Shown here: positions 45,405 to 54,723 of the stretch, piece by piece
Layout of the letters: the number at the start of each line of letters is the position of its first letter
Position numbering within the stretch: the stretch's first letter is position 1
Position numbers and translations under genes: made by a program
Notes under the pieces: model-generated
What the model saw: the letters and a program-made list of their open reading frames with translations, nothing else
What the model was told of the DNA's origin: nothing
Database searches by the model: none
From: Treponema sp.
GTDB taxonomy: Bacteria > Spirochaetota > Spirochaetia > Treponematales > Breznakiellaceae
Length of the DNA stretch: 57,357 nucleotides
Assembly (NCBI GenBank): GCA_031258225.1
Contig: JAIRND010000066.1
Location: 1-57,357, forward strand
Reading direction: 5' to 3'

Positions 45405-47108
45405 ATGGAGTGGTTAAAAAAATTGGCGGCCCAGATTGGCGGCCTGTGGAAGAAATTCACGCTGACACAGCGTATCGTGCTGGGCGCGATAGTGATCGTG
45501 GTAACGGGGGGCATCATCGCCCTGCTTTCGGTCTCTTCGGTTCCCACCATGGTGCCGGTTATCGATGTCCCCATCCGGGACGAGGCCGTCCGCGATCAGA
45601 TCATCACCAGGATCAACCAGGAGGGAGTGCGGGCCCAGGTAACGGCGACGGGGGTGATCCAGGTTGCCGACGAGCAGACGGCGCGGCGGCTTAGGTCCCT
45701 TCTTGTCCGGGAGGACCTGATCCCCGCGGGAACGGACCCCTGGGAGATCTTTGACCGGGAACGCTGGACCATTACGGATTTTGAGCGGAACGTCAACTTT
45801 CGCCGCGCCCAGACCCAGATGGTTACCGATCATATCAAATCCCTTGACGAAGTGGACGACGCCGCGGTAACGGTGGTCTTTCCCGAACAGACCCTGTTCC
45901 GTTCCGAACAGAAACCGACCACCGCGAGCGTTATTATCACGCCCCGGCCCGGAAGCGACATTAGCACAAGCCGCAAGAAGATCGAGGGGATTCAGAAACT
46001 GCTTTGTTACGCCATTGAGGGGCTGATCGATGAAAACATCGTGATTACCGATCTGTCCGGAAATGTCCTCAACGACTTTGAGAACATGGCGGCCCTGGAC
46101 CGGCTTACGCTGATCGAGAGGGAAGCGAAAATTATCCAGACTCTGGAGGCAAAGTACCGTTCCCAGGTTCTTGGCGCGTTACAGGTAACGTTTGGCGCCG
46201 ACCGGGTCCGGGACCTTAACATTAAACTGGACATGGACATGTCCCAGAAGAGTATCGCGCGGGAAACGTATTCTCCCATCGTCAGGAAGGCGCAGACCCC
46301 CGGCCTGGCCTATGATGATTCGGTGCTGCTGGATTCCATTACCATTTCGGAAAGCACTTCCGGTACTACCTGGACGGGAACCGGTTTTAACCCCGAAGGC
46401 CCCGCCGGCGTGGAGGGCCAAACCACTCCCGCGTTCAAGGACATGTCGAATCTTTACGGACAAATGGAGCAGGTAACCAGGGTCCATAACGAGGTGGTCA
46501 ACAGCGAGAAATCGCAGGAGGAACGGAGCCCCCAGATAGACCGGCTTACCGTTTCGGTGAACATCGACGGGCAGTGGAAGTGGAAGTACGATGACAAGAA
46601 AAACCCCGTCATTGCCCCGGACGGTTCCATCGAGCGGGAGTACATTCCCGTCCCCGCGGAGCAGATCCGTTCTGCCCAGCTTCTGGTGCAGAACGCGGTG
46701 GGCTACAACGCCGCGCGGGGAGATTCGGTAACCGTCCAGAACATCCCCTTTGACAGAACCTCCCAGTTCAAAGACGAAGACGCCGCCTATTTCCGGCAGA
46801 AACAGTTCCAGACCACCCTCCTGATATTCCTCATCGGCGTGGTCGTCCTGTTGATCTCCTTCATCATTTTCCGGGCGATTAGCCGGGAACTGGAACGCCG
46901 CCGGCGGCTTGCCGAGGATGAACGGGCCAGGCGGGAACAGGCAATACGGGAAAGCGCCATAGCCCAGGCGGAAGAGGAGGGGGTGGACGTGTCCATCTCC
47001 GTGGAGGAGCGCGCGCGCTTGGATCTTCAGGAAAACGTGGCCAACATGGCCAAGGAACACCCGGAAGACGTGGCCCAGCTTATCAGGACCTGGCTCCTGG
47101 AGGAATAG
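45405..47108 (+). CDS. fliF: flagellar M-ring protein FliF
   Basis: 567 aa, N- and C-terminal TM segments, YscJ/FliF-like periplasmic domains. Confidence 0.92.
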   Translation: MEWLKKLAAQIGGLWKKFTLTQRIVLGAIVIVVTGGIIALLSVSSVPTMVPVIDVPIRDEAVRDQIITRINQEGVRAQVTATGVIQVADEQTARRLRSLLVREDLIPAGTDPWEIFDRERWTITDFERNVNFRRAQTQMVTDHIKSLDEVDDAAVTVVFPEQTLFRSEQKPTTASVIITPRPGSDISTSRKKIEGIQKLLCYAIEGLIDENIVITDLSGNVLNDFENMAALDRLTLIEREAKIIQTLEAKYRSQVLGALQVTFGADRVRDLNIKLDMDMSQKSIARETYSPIVRKAQTPGLAYDDSVLLDSITISESTSGTTWTGTGFNPEGPAGVEGQTTPAFKDMSNLYGQMEQVTRVHNEVVNSEKSQEERSPQIDRLTVSVNIDGQWKWKYDDKKNPVIAPDGSIEREYIPVPAEQIRSAQLLVQNAVGYNAARGDSVTVQNIPFDRTSQFKDEDAAYFRQKQFQTTLLIFLIGVVVLLISFIIFRAISRELERRRRLAEDERARREQAIRESAIAQAEEEGVDVSISVEERARLDLQENVANMAKEHPEDVAQLIRTWLLEE

Positions 47109-47111
47109 AAC

Positions 47112-48176
47112 ATGGCGAAAACGGCGGCGGTTGGAGCGGCGGCGCCGGCTCCGGCGGCGGGCAAAAAAAAGGGCGCCAAGGAATTCAACGGGCGGCAAAA
47201 GGCGGCCATCTTTCTCGTTTCCATCGGCTCGGAAATTTCCGCCGAGATCTTCAAATACCTGCGGGAAGATGAGATTGAAACCCTGACTTTCGAGATCGCC
47301 CGGATGGAGACCATCGAGCCCGATCAGAAAGACGCCATTCTCCAGGAGTTCCAGGAACTGATGATGGCCAATCAGTTCATCACGACCGGGGGCATCGACT
47401 ACGCCAGGGAACTCCTGGAAAAGTCTCTGGGAAGCCAAAAGGCCATCGACATTATCAACCGCCTTACCTCCAGCCTGCAGGTACGGCCCTTTGACTTTAT
47501 CCGCCGTACCGATCCGGCGCACCTTCTGAACTTTATCCAGCAGGAACACCCCCAGACCATTGCCCTTATCCTGGCCTATCTGGAGCCGAACAAGGCGTCG
47601 GTGATTCTGCAGAACCTTCCCAATGAGGTGCAGAGCGACGTGTCCCGCCGCATTGCCACGATGGACCGTACCAGCCCGGAAGTTCTGCGGGAAGTGGAGC
47701 GGGTACTGGAAAAGAAACTTTCAACCCTGTCCAGCGAAGACTACACAACCGCCGGCGGCGTTGACAGCATTGTGGAGATACTCAACCTGGTTGACCGGGC
47801 CTCGGAAAAACAGATCATCGAGGCTCTGGAAGACGAGGACCCGGAACTGGCGGAGGAGATCAAGAAACGGATGTTCGTCTTCGAGGACATTGTTATGCTG
47901 GACGACCGGGCCATTCAGAAGGTACTGCGGGAGGTGGATTCCCAGGAACTTGCCAAGGCCCTTAAGTCGGTGGATACGGAGGTACAGGACAAGATATTCC
48001 GCAACATGTCCAAGCGCGCCGCCGGTATGCTCAAGGAGGACATGGAGTACATGGGCCCGGTTCGTCTTAAAGACGTTGAGGAATCCCAGCAAAAGATCGT
48101 TTCGATTATCCGTCATCTGGAAGACACCGGGGAAATCGTGGTTGCCCGTTCAGGTGAAGACGAACTGGTTGTTTAG
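47112..48176 (+). CDS. fliG: flagellar motor switch protein FliG
   Basis: RKAAIFLVSIG, MFVFEDI, EESQQKIV. Confidence 0.95.
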   Translation: MAKTAAVGAAAPAPAAGKKKGAKEFNGRQKAAIFLVSIGSEISAEIFKYLREDEIETLTFEIARMETIEPDQKDAILQEFQELMMANQFITTGGIDYARELLEKSLGSQKAIDIINRLTSSLQVRPFDFIRRTDPAHLLNFIQQEHPQTIALILAYLEPNKASVILQNLPNEVQSDVSRRIATMDRTSPEVLREVERVLEKKLSTLSSEDYTTAGGVDSIVEILNLVDRASEKQIIEALEDEDPELAEEIKKRMFVFEDIVMLDDRAIQKVLREVDSQELAKALKSVDTEVQDKIFRNMSKRAAGMLKEDMEYMGPVRLKDVEESQQKIVSIIRHLEDTGEIVVARSGEDELVV

Positions 48177-48194
48177 GACGGCGGGGGTTGGATT

Positions 48195-49169
48195 TTGGCG
48201 AAGACGGTTTTTAGATCAACGGAGATTACCAGCAAGGGTCCCCGGATTGTACTGCCCTCTCCTACCTCCTTCGCGGAACTTGCCCATCTTGCCCCCAGGG
48301 AAGAGGTGGAGGAAGATCCCGGCCCCCGGGAAATTTATTCCGGTCCCAGCGTGGACGATCTAAAACGGGAGGCGGAGGAGTTCAAATCCCAGTGGGCCCT
48401 GGAACGGGAGGCCCTGATCAACGCTTCCCGCGCCGAGGCGGAGCGGATCCTGGCCGATGCCGGCGCGGAGGCCGCCGGAAAGGTGGAAGCCGGAAAGGTG
48501 GAAGCGGAGGCGGCAAAAGAGGCGGCGGAAGCGGAGGCCCGGAGGATCATCGCCGAGGCTGAGGAGGGGAGCCGCAAGCGGGAGGAGGAATCCCGGCTTA
48601 CCCTGGACAACGAAAAAAAAGAAGCCCTGGAAGCGGCCCGGACGGCGGGCAGGGAAGAGGGTTTTGCCCAGGGCCAGGCGGAAGTTGAACGGCTTATCCA
48701 GCGTACCCAGACGGTCCTTGAACGTGCCCAGGACAAGCGGGCGGAGATCCTCGCGGAGACCGAGCGGGAGATTGTCGATCTGGTCCTTGTCCTTGCCCGC
48801 AAAGTGGTAAAGACGATTACCGAAACTCAACGGACCGTGATCCTCCAAAACGTGGTGCAGGCCCTGCGTAAGGTAAAGTCCAGGGGGAACGTGATCATCC
48901 GCGTGAACATGGCGGATCTCAGTTTGACCACCGCCCATATCAAAAATTTCATCCAGATGATGGAAGGGGTAAAGGGCATACAGGTACAGGAGGATTCCAC
49001 CGTGGACAGCGGGGGCTGCGTCATTGAAACCGATTTTGGGGAGATCGACGCCCGCGTCAGCAGCCAGCTTGCGGAACTGGAGTCCAGGATTCTGGAAATT
49101 TCCCCCATCAAGGCCCGGCCAAAACCCGCCCCCGAAAGTCCCGGCGCCGGCCCGCCCGGTGAAGGTTAG
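48195..49169 (+). CDS. fliH: flagellar assembly protein FliH
   Basis: Glu/Ala-rich coiled coil plus a C-terminal GGCVIETDFGEIDARV motif. TTG start. Confidence 0.85.
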   Translation: MAKTVFRSTEITSKGPRIVLPSPTSFAELAHLAPREEVEEDPGPREIYSGPSVDDLKREAEEFKSQWALEREALINASRAEAERILADAGAEAAGKVEAGKVEAEAAKEAAEAEARRIIAEAEEGSRKREEESRLTLDNEKKEALEAARTAGREEGFAQGQAEVERLIQRTQTVLERAQDKRAEILAETEREIVDLVLVLARKVVKTITETQRTVILQNVVQALRKVKSRGNVIIRVNMADLSLTTAHIKNFIQMMEGVKGIQVQEDSTVDSGGCVIETDFGEIDARVSSQLAELESRILEISPIKARPKPAPESPGAGPPGEG

Positions 49170-49181
49170 CGGCCTGTCGCA

Positions 49182-50528
49182 ATGGAAACCATGTTCGCCA
49201 AGTACCGGAACACCGCGGAACGTACCGATCCTATCAAATGCGTGGGCAGAGTCTCCAAAGTACAGGGCATCCTTGTGGAAAGCCGGGGCCCCCAGGCCAC
49301 GGTTGGGGAACTGTGCCGAATCGTCCTGGAGGGGGGGCGGAGCCACATTGCCGCGGAAGTTGTGGGGCTTCGCGATCACGTTGTTCAGCTTATGGTCTAC
49401 GGGGAAACCGCGGGTATAGAAATTGGGGACCGGGTCATTGCCGGCGGCGCCGCGCCGGAAGTGCCGGTTTCCCGGAACCTCCTGGGCCGGGTGCTGGACT
49501 ACAGCGGAACCCCGATAGACGGCAAAGAGGCTATCGAAAGGACCGTCCGTTATCCGGTAATGGCAAAGCCCCCGGATTCCCTTAGCCGCCCCCAGGTGAC
49601 GGACCGGATCGTTACCGGGGTCCGGGCCATAGACGGCCTTTTGGCCGTGGGCCGGGGACAGCGCATGGGCATCTTCGCGGGTTCCGGCGTCGGAAAATCC
49701 ACGCTGCTGGGGATGATCGCCAGAAACACCAACGCCGATGTCAATGTTGTCGCCCTTATCGGTGAGCGCGGCCGGGAGGTGATCGAATTCATCGAAAACG
49801 ATCTGGGGAAGGAGGGCCTTGCCCGTTCGGTACTCGTGGTCAGCACCTCCGACTCACCACCCCTGGCCCGGCTGCGGGGCGCCTACACGGCCACCGCGGT
49901 GGCGGAGTACTTCCGGGATCAGGGACTCAATGTGATGCTCCTCTTCGACTCGATTACCCGTGTGGCCCGTGCCCAGCGGGAGATAGGACTCTCCAGCGGG
50001 GAGCCGCCCGCCACCAGGGGCTATCCTCCCAGCATGTTCGACACAATGCCGAAACTTCTGGAACGCTGCGGTACCTCGGAACGGGGAACCATCACCGGGT
50101 TTTATACCATCCTGGTGGAGGGGGACGACATGGACGAGCCGGTGGCCGATACGGTCAGGGGGATACTGGACGGCCACATCGTCCTCTCCCGGAACCTGGC
50201 CCAGGCCGGCCACTACCCCGCCATTGATGTGCTGCAAAGCATTTCCCGTAAGGCGCTGAGGGTTTCGGGAAAGGAAACCACCGCTGCGGCCCAGGCCGTC
50301 CGCCGCCACATGGCCGTCTACGCGGAGGCGGAGGACCTTATCAGCGTGGGGGCCTACCACGCGGGTTCCAACGCCGGCATTGACGCGGCAATTGAAAAAC
50401 ATCCGGCCATCCGGGATTTTCTTGTTCAGGATGTCGAGGAACAGTGCCCCCTCTCCTCAACCCTCCAACGCCTGGCTGAGATCGCCGGAACGCCAATCCC
50501 GGACCATGAGATGGAGGGGGGCGCGTGA
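49182..50528 (+). CDS. fliI: flagellum-specific ATPase FliI
   Basis: Walker A GSGVGKST, LLFDSITR. Confidence 0.95.
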   Translation: METMFAKYRNTAERTDPIKCVGRVSKVQGILVESRGPQATVGELCRIVLEGGRSHIAAEVVGLRDHVVQLMVYGETAGIEIGDRVIAGGAAPEVPVSRNLLGRVLDYSGTPIDGKEAIERTVRYPVMAKPPDSLSRPQVTDRIVTGVRAIDGLLAVGRGQRMGIFAGSGVGKSTLLGMIARNTNADVNVVALIGERGREVIEFIENDLGKEGLARSVLVVSTSDSPPLARLRGAYTATAVAEYFRDQGLNVMLLFDSITRVARAQREIGLSSGEPPATRGYPPSMFDTMPKLLERCGTSERGTITGFYTILVEGDDMDEPVADTVRGILDGHIVLSRNLAQAGHYPAIDVLQSISRKALRVSGKETTAAAQAVRRHMAVYAEAEDLISVGAYHAGSNAGIDAAIEKHPAIRDFLVQDVEEQCPLSSTLQRLAEIAGTPIPDHEMEGGA

Positions 50529-51010
50529 GGCGTTTTCAGTTTTCCCTGGAGAAAATTCTGGAACTGCGGAAACACCTTGAACGGGAAGCGGAACTGGCCC
50601 TGGGCAGGGCAGTTGGGGAACTCGGCGCCGTGGAGAACCGGCTCAAAGAACTGGCCCTCCTCAGCCGCCGGGCCTGGGACGACTACCGGAATCCCAATAC
50701 CTATGGCAATACCACAGGTAATGCAGCGGGCAATACCGCTCACGCGGCGGGAAACCTGGCCGATTATTATAGGGCCTGCGATCTCTATATCCGGCGCCTT
50801 GATCAGGTAAAAGAGGAACTGTTACAGGAGACCGCCCGGGCCCAGAGCAGGGTGGAGGAAGCGCGGGCGGCGTTTCTGGAAGCCTCGCGGGAACGGAAGG
50901 TCATGGACAAACTCAGGGAAAAGCAGGCGGGGGAGTACCGTAAAGCCGTCTTCGCCGCGGAGATCAAGGCCCTGGACGACATGGCCCGGAATTCAGAATT
51001 CAACCACTAA
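50525..51010 (+). CDS. fliJ: flagellar export chaperone FliJ
   Basis: Coiled-coil FQFSLEKILELRKHLE...RKVMDKLREKQ. GTG start overlaps the fliI stop. Confidence 0.8.
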   Translation: MRRFQFSLEKILELRKHLEREAELALGRAVGELGAVENRLKELALLSRRAWDDYRNPNTYGNTTGNAAGNTAHAAGNLADYYRACDLYIRRLDQVKEELLQETARAQSRVEEARAAFLEASRERKVMDKLREKQAGEYRKAVFAAEIKALDDMARNSEFNH

Positions 51011-51086
51011 CGGCACGAAAAGCACGAACTTTGGCTTTGACAGGACGCGCCCAAGCGGCGCGAACTACGCCGGTTAAGGGTTTCCC

Positions 51087-51115
51087 TTGAATGTGTATCC
51101 ATATTGTGATACATT
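51087..51115 (+). promoter_or_regulatory. putative TA-module promoter with an overlapping operator palindrome
   Basis: TTGAAT (51087-51092), 17 nt, TACATT (51110-51115). Inverted repeat TGTATC (51094-51099)/GATACA (51108-51113). Confidence 0.45.
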
Positions 51116-51133
51116 AAACATGGGGTAAATTTG

Positions 51134-51418
51134 ATGCGGAATGTAGCGGTCAGACCAGTACGGGATTTGCGGAACCGTTATGCCGAAATTGAGGAAATTC
51201 TTGAGCGGCACGATCCGGTAATTATTACCAAAAATGGACGGGGTACGGCTGTCCTTATGAATATCGAGGATTACGCTAAAATTGAGGAATACCAGCACAT
51301 ACTCTATGTAGAAGGCAAACTCAAAGAGGCTGAAGCCGAAGCAGAATCTCCCGATGTTGAATTGGTGGATTATAAGACTGTTTTCGAACATTTAAAAAAA
51401 ACCTATCATGGGTTATGA
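51134..51418 (+). CDS. type II antitoxin, Phd/YefM family
   Basis: VRPVRDLRNRYAEIEEILERHDPVIITKNGRGTAVLMNIEDY. Confidence 0.85.
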   Translation: MRNVAVRPVRDLRNRYAEIEEILERHDPVIITKNGRGTAVLMNIEDYAKIEEYQHILYVEGKLKEAEAEAESPDVELVDYKTVFEHLKKTYHGL

Positions 51419-51689
51419 TGTCAAACTATTAAAACTGGCGGTGTCTGATCTTGATGAAATCTGCCGGTATTTATCACGGTTCTATCCTGGTACCGTAGGC
51501 AGGTTCCTGGACGCCATGGAACATTGTCTGGACGAACTATCCGAAAACCCCCGAATGTTCCCTGAATATGGTGAAAAAAAATACCGTCGGGCGATAGTAC
51601 ATGAGTACCTGGTATTTTACAGAATCTTTGAAACCAATAGATCGATCAGGGTGTATCGCATCATTTATGGGAAGAGGAATATACGGTAA
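51408..51689 (+). CDS. type II toxin, RelE/ParE family
   Basis: 93 aa. Has an 11-nt overlap with the antitoxin gene. YRRAIVHEYLVFYRI...IRVYRIIYGKRN. Confidence 0.8.
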   Translation: MGYDVKLLKLAVSDLDEICRYLSRFYPGTVGRFLDAMEHCLDELSENPRMFPEYGEKKYRRAIVHEYLVFYRIFETNRSIRVYRIIYGKRNIR

Positions 51690-52255
51690 CGCCGCTGTCC
51701 GTCGCGGTAGAGGTTCTCCCCCCGGCTGTCGATGACGACGGTAACGGGAAGATCTTTTACGGTAAGGCGCCGTATTGCCTCGGTTCCCAGGTCCTCAAAC
51801 GCGATTGTTTCGCAAGCGGTGATACACGCGGACAGGAGGGCCCCGGCCCCGCCGATGGCCCCCAGGTACACCGCCCCCGCCCACTTGATCGCCCTTACCA
51901 CCTCCGCTGAGCGTTCCCCCTTGCCGATCATCCCCCGCAGGCCCAGCATCAAAAGCCGGGGCGCCCAGGCGTCCATGCGGTAACTCGTGGTGGGGCCCGC
52001 CGATCCGATGATCCGCCCCGGGGCCGCCGGGCTGGGACCGGTGTAGTAGATACAGGCGTCCTCAAGGGGAAAGGGGAGGGGCTTCCCCTCGTCAAGCAGG
52101 GCATCGATCCGTTTGTGGGCCGCGTCCCTGGCGGTGTAGAGAATGCCGGAAAGTAGAAGCCTGTCCCCCGCGTTAAGGGGGGCGGTTTTTTCCCGCGAGA
52201 GGGGAAGTTCTATCCGGCGGGCCGGGGAAAAATCCGCTTCCCTCGCGGCGCTCAT
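51665..52255 (-). CDS. class I fumarate hydratase / Fe-S hydro-lyase, beta subunit
   Basis: LSGILYTARDAAHKR, GPTTSYRMD, GMIGKGERS. Confidence 0.85.
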   Translation of the reverse strand: MSAAREADFSPARRIELPLSREKTAPLNAGDRLLLSGILYTARDAAHKRIDALLDEGKPLPFPLEDACIYYTGPSPAAPGRIIGSAGPTTSYRMDAWAPRLLMLGLRGMIGKGERSAEVVRAIKWAGAVYLGAIGGAGALLSACITACETIAFEDLGTEAIRRLTVKDLPVTVVIDSRGENLYRDGQRRYRIFLFP

Positions 52256-53094
52256 TACAGTTCCTCCCGCGCGTGGCGGCTTACGTGGCAGTTGATGTTC
52301 ACCGCGCAGGGCAGGGCCGCGATATGGGTGGGCATAACCTCGATGGCAAGCGAAAGGGCCGTGGTACGGCCGCCGAACCCCTGGGGCCCTATGCCCAGGG
52401 CGTTTATTTTTTCCAGCAGTTCCGCCTCAAGTTCCGCGTAAAACGGATCAGCGTGGGCTTTCCCCAGGGGCCGGAGCAGGGCCTTCTTTGCCAGCAGGGC
52501 GGCCCGGTCAAAAGTCCCCCCGATACCGACCCCTACCACCACGGGGGGACAGGGGTTGGGCCCCGCCCGCTCCAGCGTGGAGACCACAAAGGCCTTGAGC
52601 CCCTCGACGCCGTCCGAGGGGGAGAGCATCCTGATCTGGCTCATGTTCTCACTGCCGAACCCCTTGGGCGCCACGGTAACTCCAAGGCCTTCCCCCGGTA
52701 CCGGATCGACGTACAGCACCGCGGGGCTGTTATCGCCGGTATTACCGCGCCGCAGCGGATCCGCGACCACCGAAGCCCTTAAGTACCCTTCCCGGCAGGC
52801 CCGGCGGACCCCTTCGTTGACGGCTTCGCCGATATCGCCGTTGACCACGGCGCCGGCGCCAAGTTCCAGAAACACACAGGCCATTCCCGTGTCCTGGCAG
52901 ATGGGGATACGGTTTTTTTCCGCAATCTCAAAGTTTTCAATGATTCGATCCAGCGTTTCCCGCGCCGCCGGCCATGTTTCCCGGTCACGGCAGACGCGGA
53001 TACGGTCCCGTACATCCGCGGGAAGTTCCCGGTTTGCCTTGATGAATAGTTTTTTTACGGTCTCACTCAGGGTTTCCGCCTCTATGACGCGCAT
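52255..53094 (-). CDS. class I fumarate hydratase / Fe-S hydro-lyase, alpha subunit
   Basis: PICQDTGMACVFLELG, NTGDNSPAV, GVGIGGTFD, PCAVNINCH. Confidence 0.85.
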   Translation of the reverse strand: MRVIEAETLSETVKKLFIKANRELPADVRDRIRVCRDRETWPAARETLDRIIENFEIAEKNRIPICQDTGMACVFLELGAGAVVNGDIGEAVNEGVRRACREGYLRASVVADPLRRGNTGDNSPAVLYVDPVPGEGLGVTVAPKGFGSENMSQIRMLSPSDGVEGLKAFVVSTLERAGPNPCPPVVVGVGIGGTFDRAALLAKKALLRPLGKAHADPFYAELEAELLEKINALGIGPQGFGGRTTALSLAIEVMPTHIAALPCAVNINCHVSRHAREEL

Positions 53095-53156
53095 GCGCTA
53101 TTGTTCGCGTCCCGCTTCCCCTTTGTCAACCGCCGTCTTTCCATGTATGATGCCCT

Positions 53157-54716
53157 ATGCTTCATCAATTTTCTCGCCTTATGCCGTTTGTCCTTGGACT
53201 TACCCTGACGGTCCGGGTTTTCGCCTTGGGCACGGGGGATCGCGCCGGAAAACCCGCCCCCACAGTCCTCCATGTGGCGGTGATGCAGGAATCCCCCTCC
53301 CTGGATCTGCACAAGAACAGTACCCTTATCGCGCGGCAGATAGGGGCCGGACAGATCTGGGAAAAACTCGTTACGCTGAACGGCCAATCGGAAGTGGTCC
53401 CCGAACTGGCGGAACGTTTTGAGATTTCCCCGGACGGGAAAACCCTGACCTTTCAGTTGCGGAGGGGGGTACCCTTTCACGACGGTTCGGTTATGGGCGC
53501 CGCCGATGTGGTGGCCTCCATGAACCGCTGGATCGATTCCTACTCCCCCGCGCGGGAACTGGCCGGCGACTCCCGGTTCGAGGAGATTTCGGGCGATGTG
53601 GCGCGGATCCGTTTTTCATCCCCCGCCGTTACCTTTCCCGACATGATAGCCGGTTCCCCCCAAAGCGCGGTGATCACGAGCGCCGCCGCCTGCGCCGCCG
53701 AGGACAGCCGGGGCTTTATGAGTTCCTACATCGGCACCGGTCCCTTTCGGCTCTCCGAGTGGAAAGAGGGCCGCTACCTGCGTCTGGAAAAATTCCCCGC
53801 CTACCTTCCCTACGGTACGCCGGGGGAACCGGTTGACGGTTGGGCTGGCTACAAGAACCCGCGTGTTGACGAGATCTACTACCACATTGTTCCCCAGGCC
53901 GCCACAAGGCTGGCGGGACTCCTCACCGGACAGTTCGACGTGGATTACAACGTGGATAACGACGATCTTCCCGCCATCGGGGGACGAAACGATATAAGGT
54001 CCGCGGTTTACCAGGCGGGAAGCCTTGCCCTGATCTTCAACAAACAACAGGGACCCTGCGCGGATTTGATGTTCCGGCAGGCGCTGAACGCCGTCCTTGA
54101 CGCGGAGGAGATTATGAGGGCAGTTTTTGGGGAACAGTACGCCCTGGGTTCCTCGTACATGGAGGACACGCAGCTTTACTGGAATTCCTCCGCGGGGGAA
54201 GAACATTACAACCGCTCCGATCCTGAATTGGCGCGGGACCTGCTAAAGAAAAGTTCCTACGCCGGCCAGACCATACGGATCCTCACCTCGGTTCCCGGGA
54301 CCACCGACCGGGGTGTCCTTGCCCTGATGGCCCAGCTTGAAAGAATCGGTGTCAAGGCGCGGATGGAAGTGGTGGATTGGACGACCCTCTTGCAGTACCG
54401 TAACGATCCCTCCCGTTACGATATCTATACGTCCAGTTTTTATTCCGTTCCCGTTCCCTCACTTAAACTGTTTTTTAGCCCCTCGTTCCCCGGCTGGTCC
54501 GACGATCCGCTGCTGGCCCGGCTGCTCGGCGACTTTAATTCGGCCCAAAGCCGGGAGGAGGCCAGGGAACGCTGGGAAGTCCTTCAGGGCTACTCCTGGG
54601 AGTACCTTCCCGTCGTGAATGTGGGACATTTTTCCCAAACCCATGCCTGGCGGGACGATGTGGAGGGGCTTACGGTGTTTAATGGTCTTTATTTTTGGAA
54701 CGCCGCGATCAGGTAA
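53157..54716 (+). CDS. ABC transporter substrate-binding protein, family 5 (peptide/nickel type)
   Basis: 519 aa with a signal peptide. Family-5-like motifs (FHDGSVMGAADVVAS, GTGPFRLSEW). Confidence 0.8.
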   Translation: MLHQFSRLMPFVLGLTLTVRVFALGTGDRAGKPAPTVLHVAVMQESPSLDLHKNSTLIARQIGAGQIWEKLVTLNGQSEVVPELAERFEISPDGKTLTFQLRRGVPFHDGSVMGAADVVASMNRWIDSYSPARELAGDSRFEEISGDVARIRFSSPAVTFPDMIAGSPQSAVITSAAACAAEDSRGFMSSYIGTGPFRLSEWKEGRYLRLEKFPAYLPYGTPGEPVDGWAGYKNPRVDEIYYHIVPQAATRLAGLLTGQFDVDYNVDNDDLPAIGGRNDIRSAVYQAGSLALIFNKQQGPCADLMFRQALNAVLDAEEIMRAVFGEQYALGSSYMEDTQLYWNSSAGEEHYNRSDPELARDLLKKSSYAGQTIRILTSVPGTTDRGVLALMAQLERIGVKARMEVVDWTTLLQYRNDPSRYDIYTSSFYSVPVPSLKLFFSPSFPGWSDDPLLARLLGDFNSAQSREEARERWEVLQGYSWEYLPVVNVGHFSQTHAWRDDVEGLTVFNGLYFWNAAIR

Positions 54717-54723
54717 TGCCCCC

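Noticed and set aside
51074-51391. 105-aa ORF antisense to the antitoxin gene.
   Set aside because: It is an AT-rich shadow frame opposite a clear Phd/YefM antitoxin and has no motifs.
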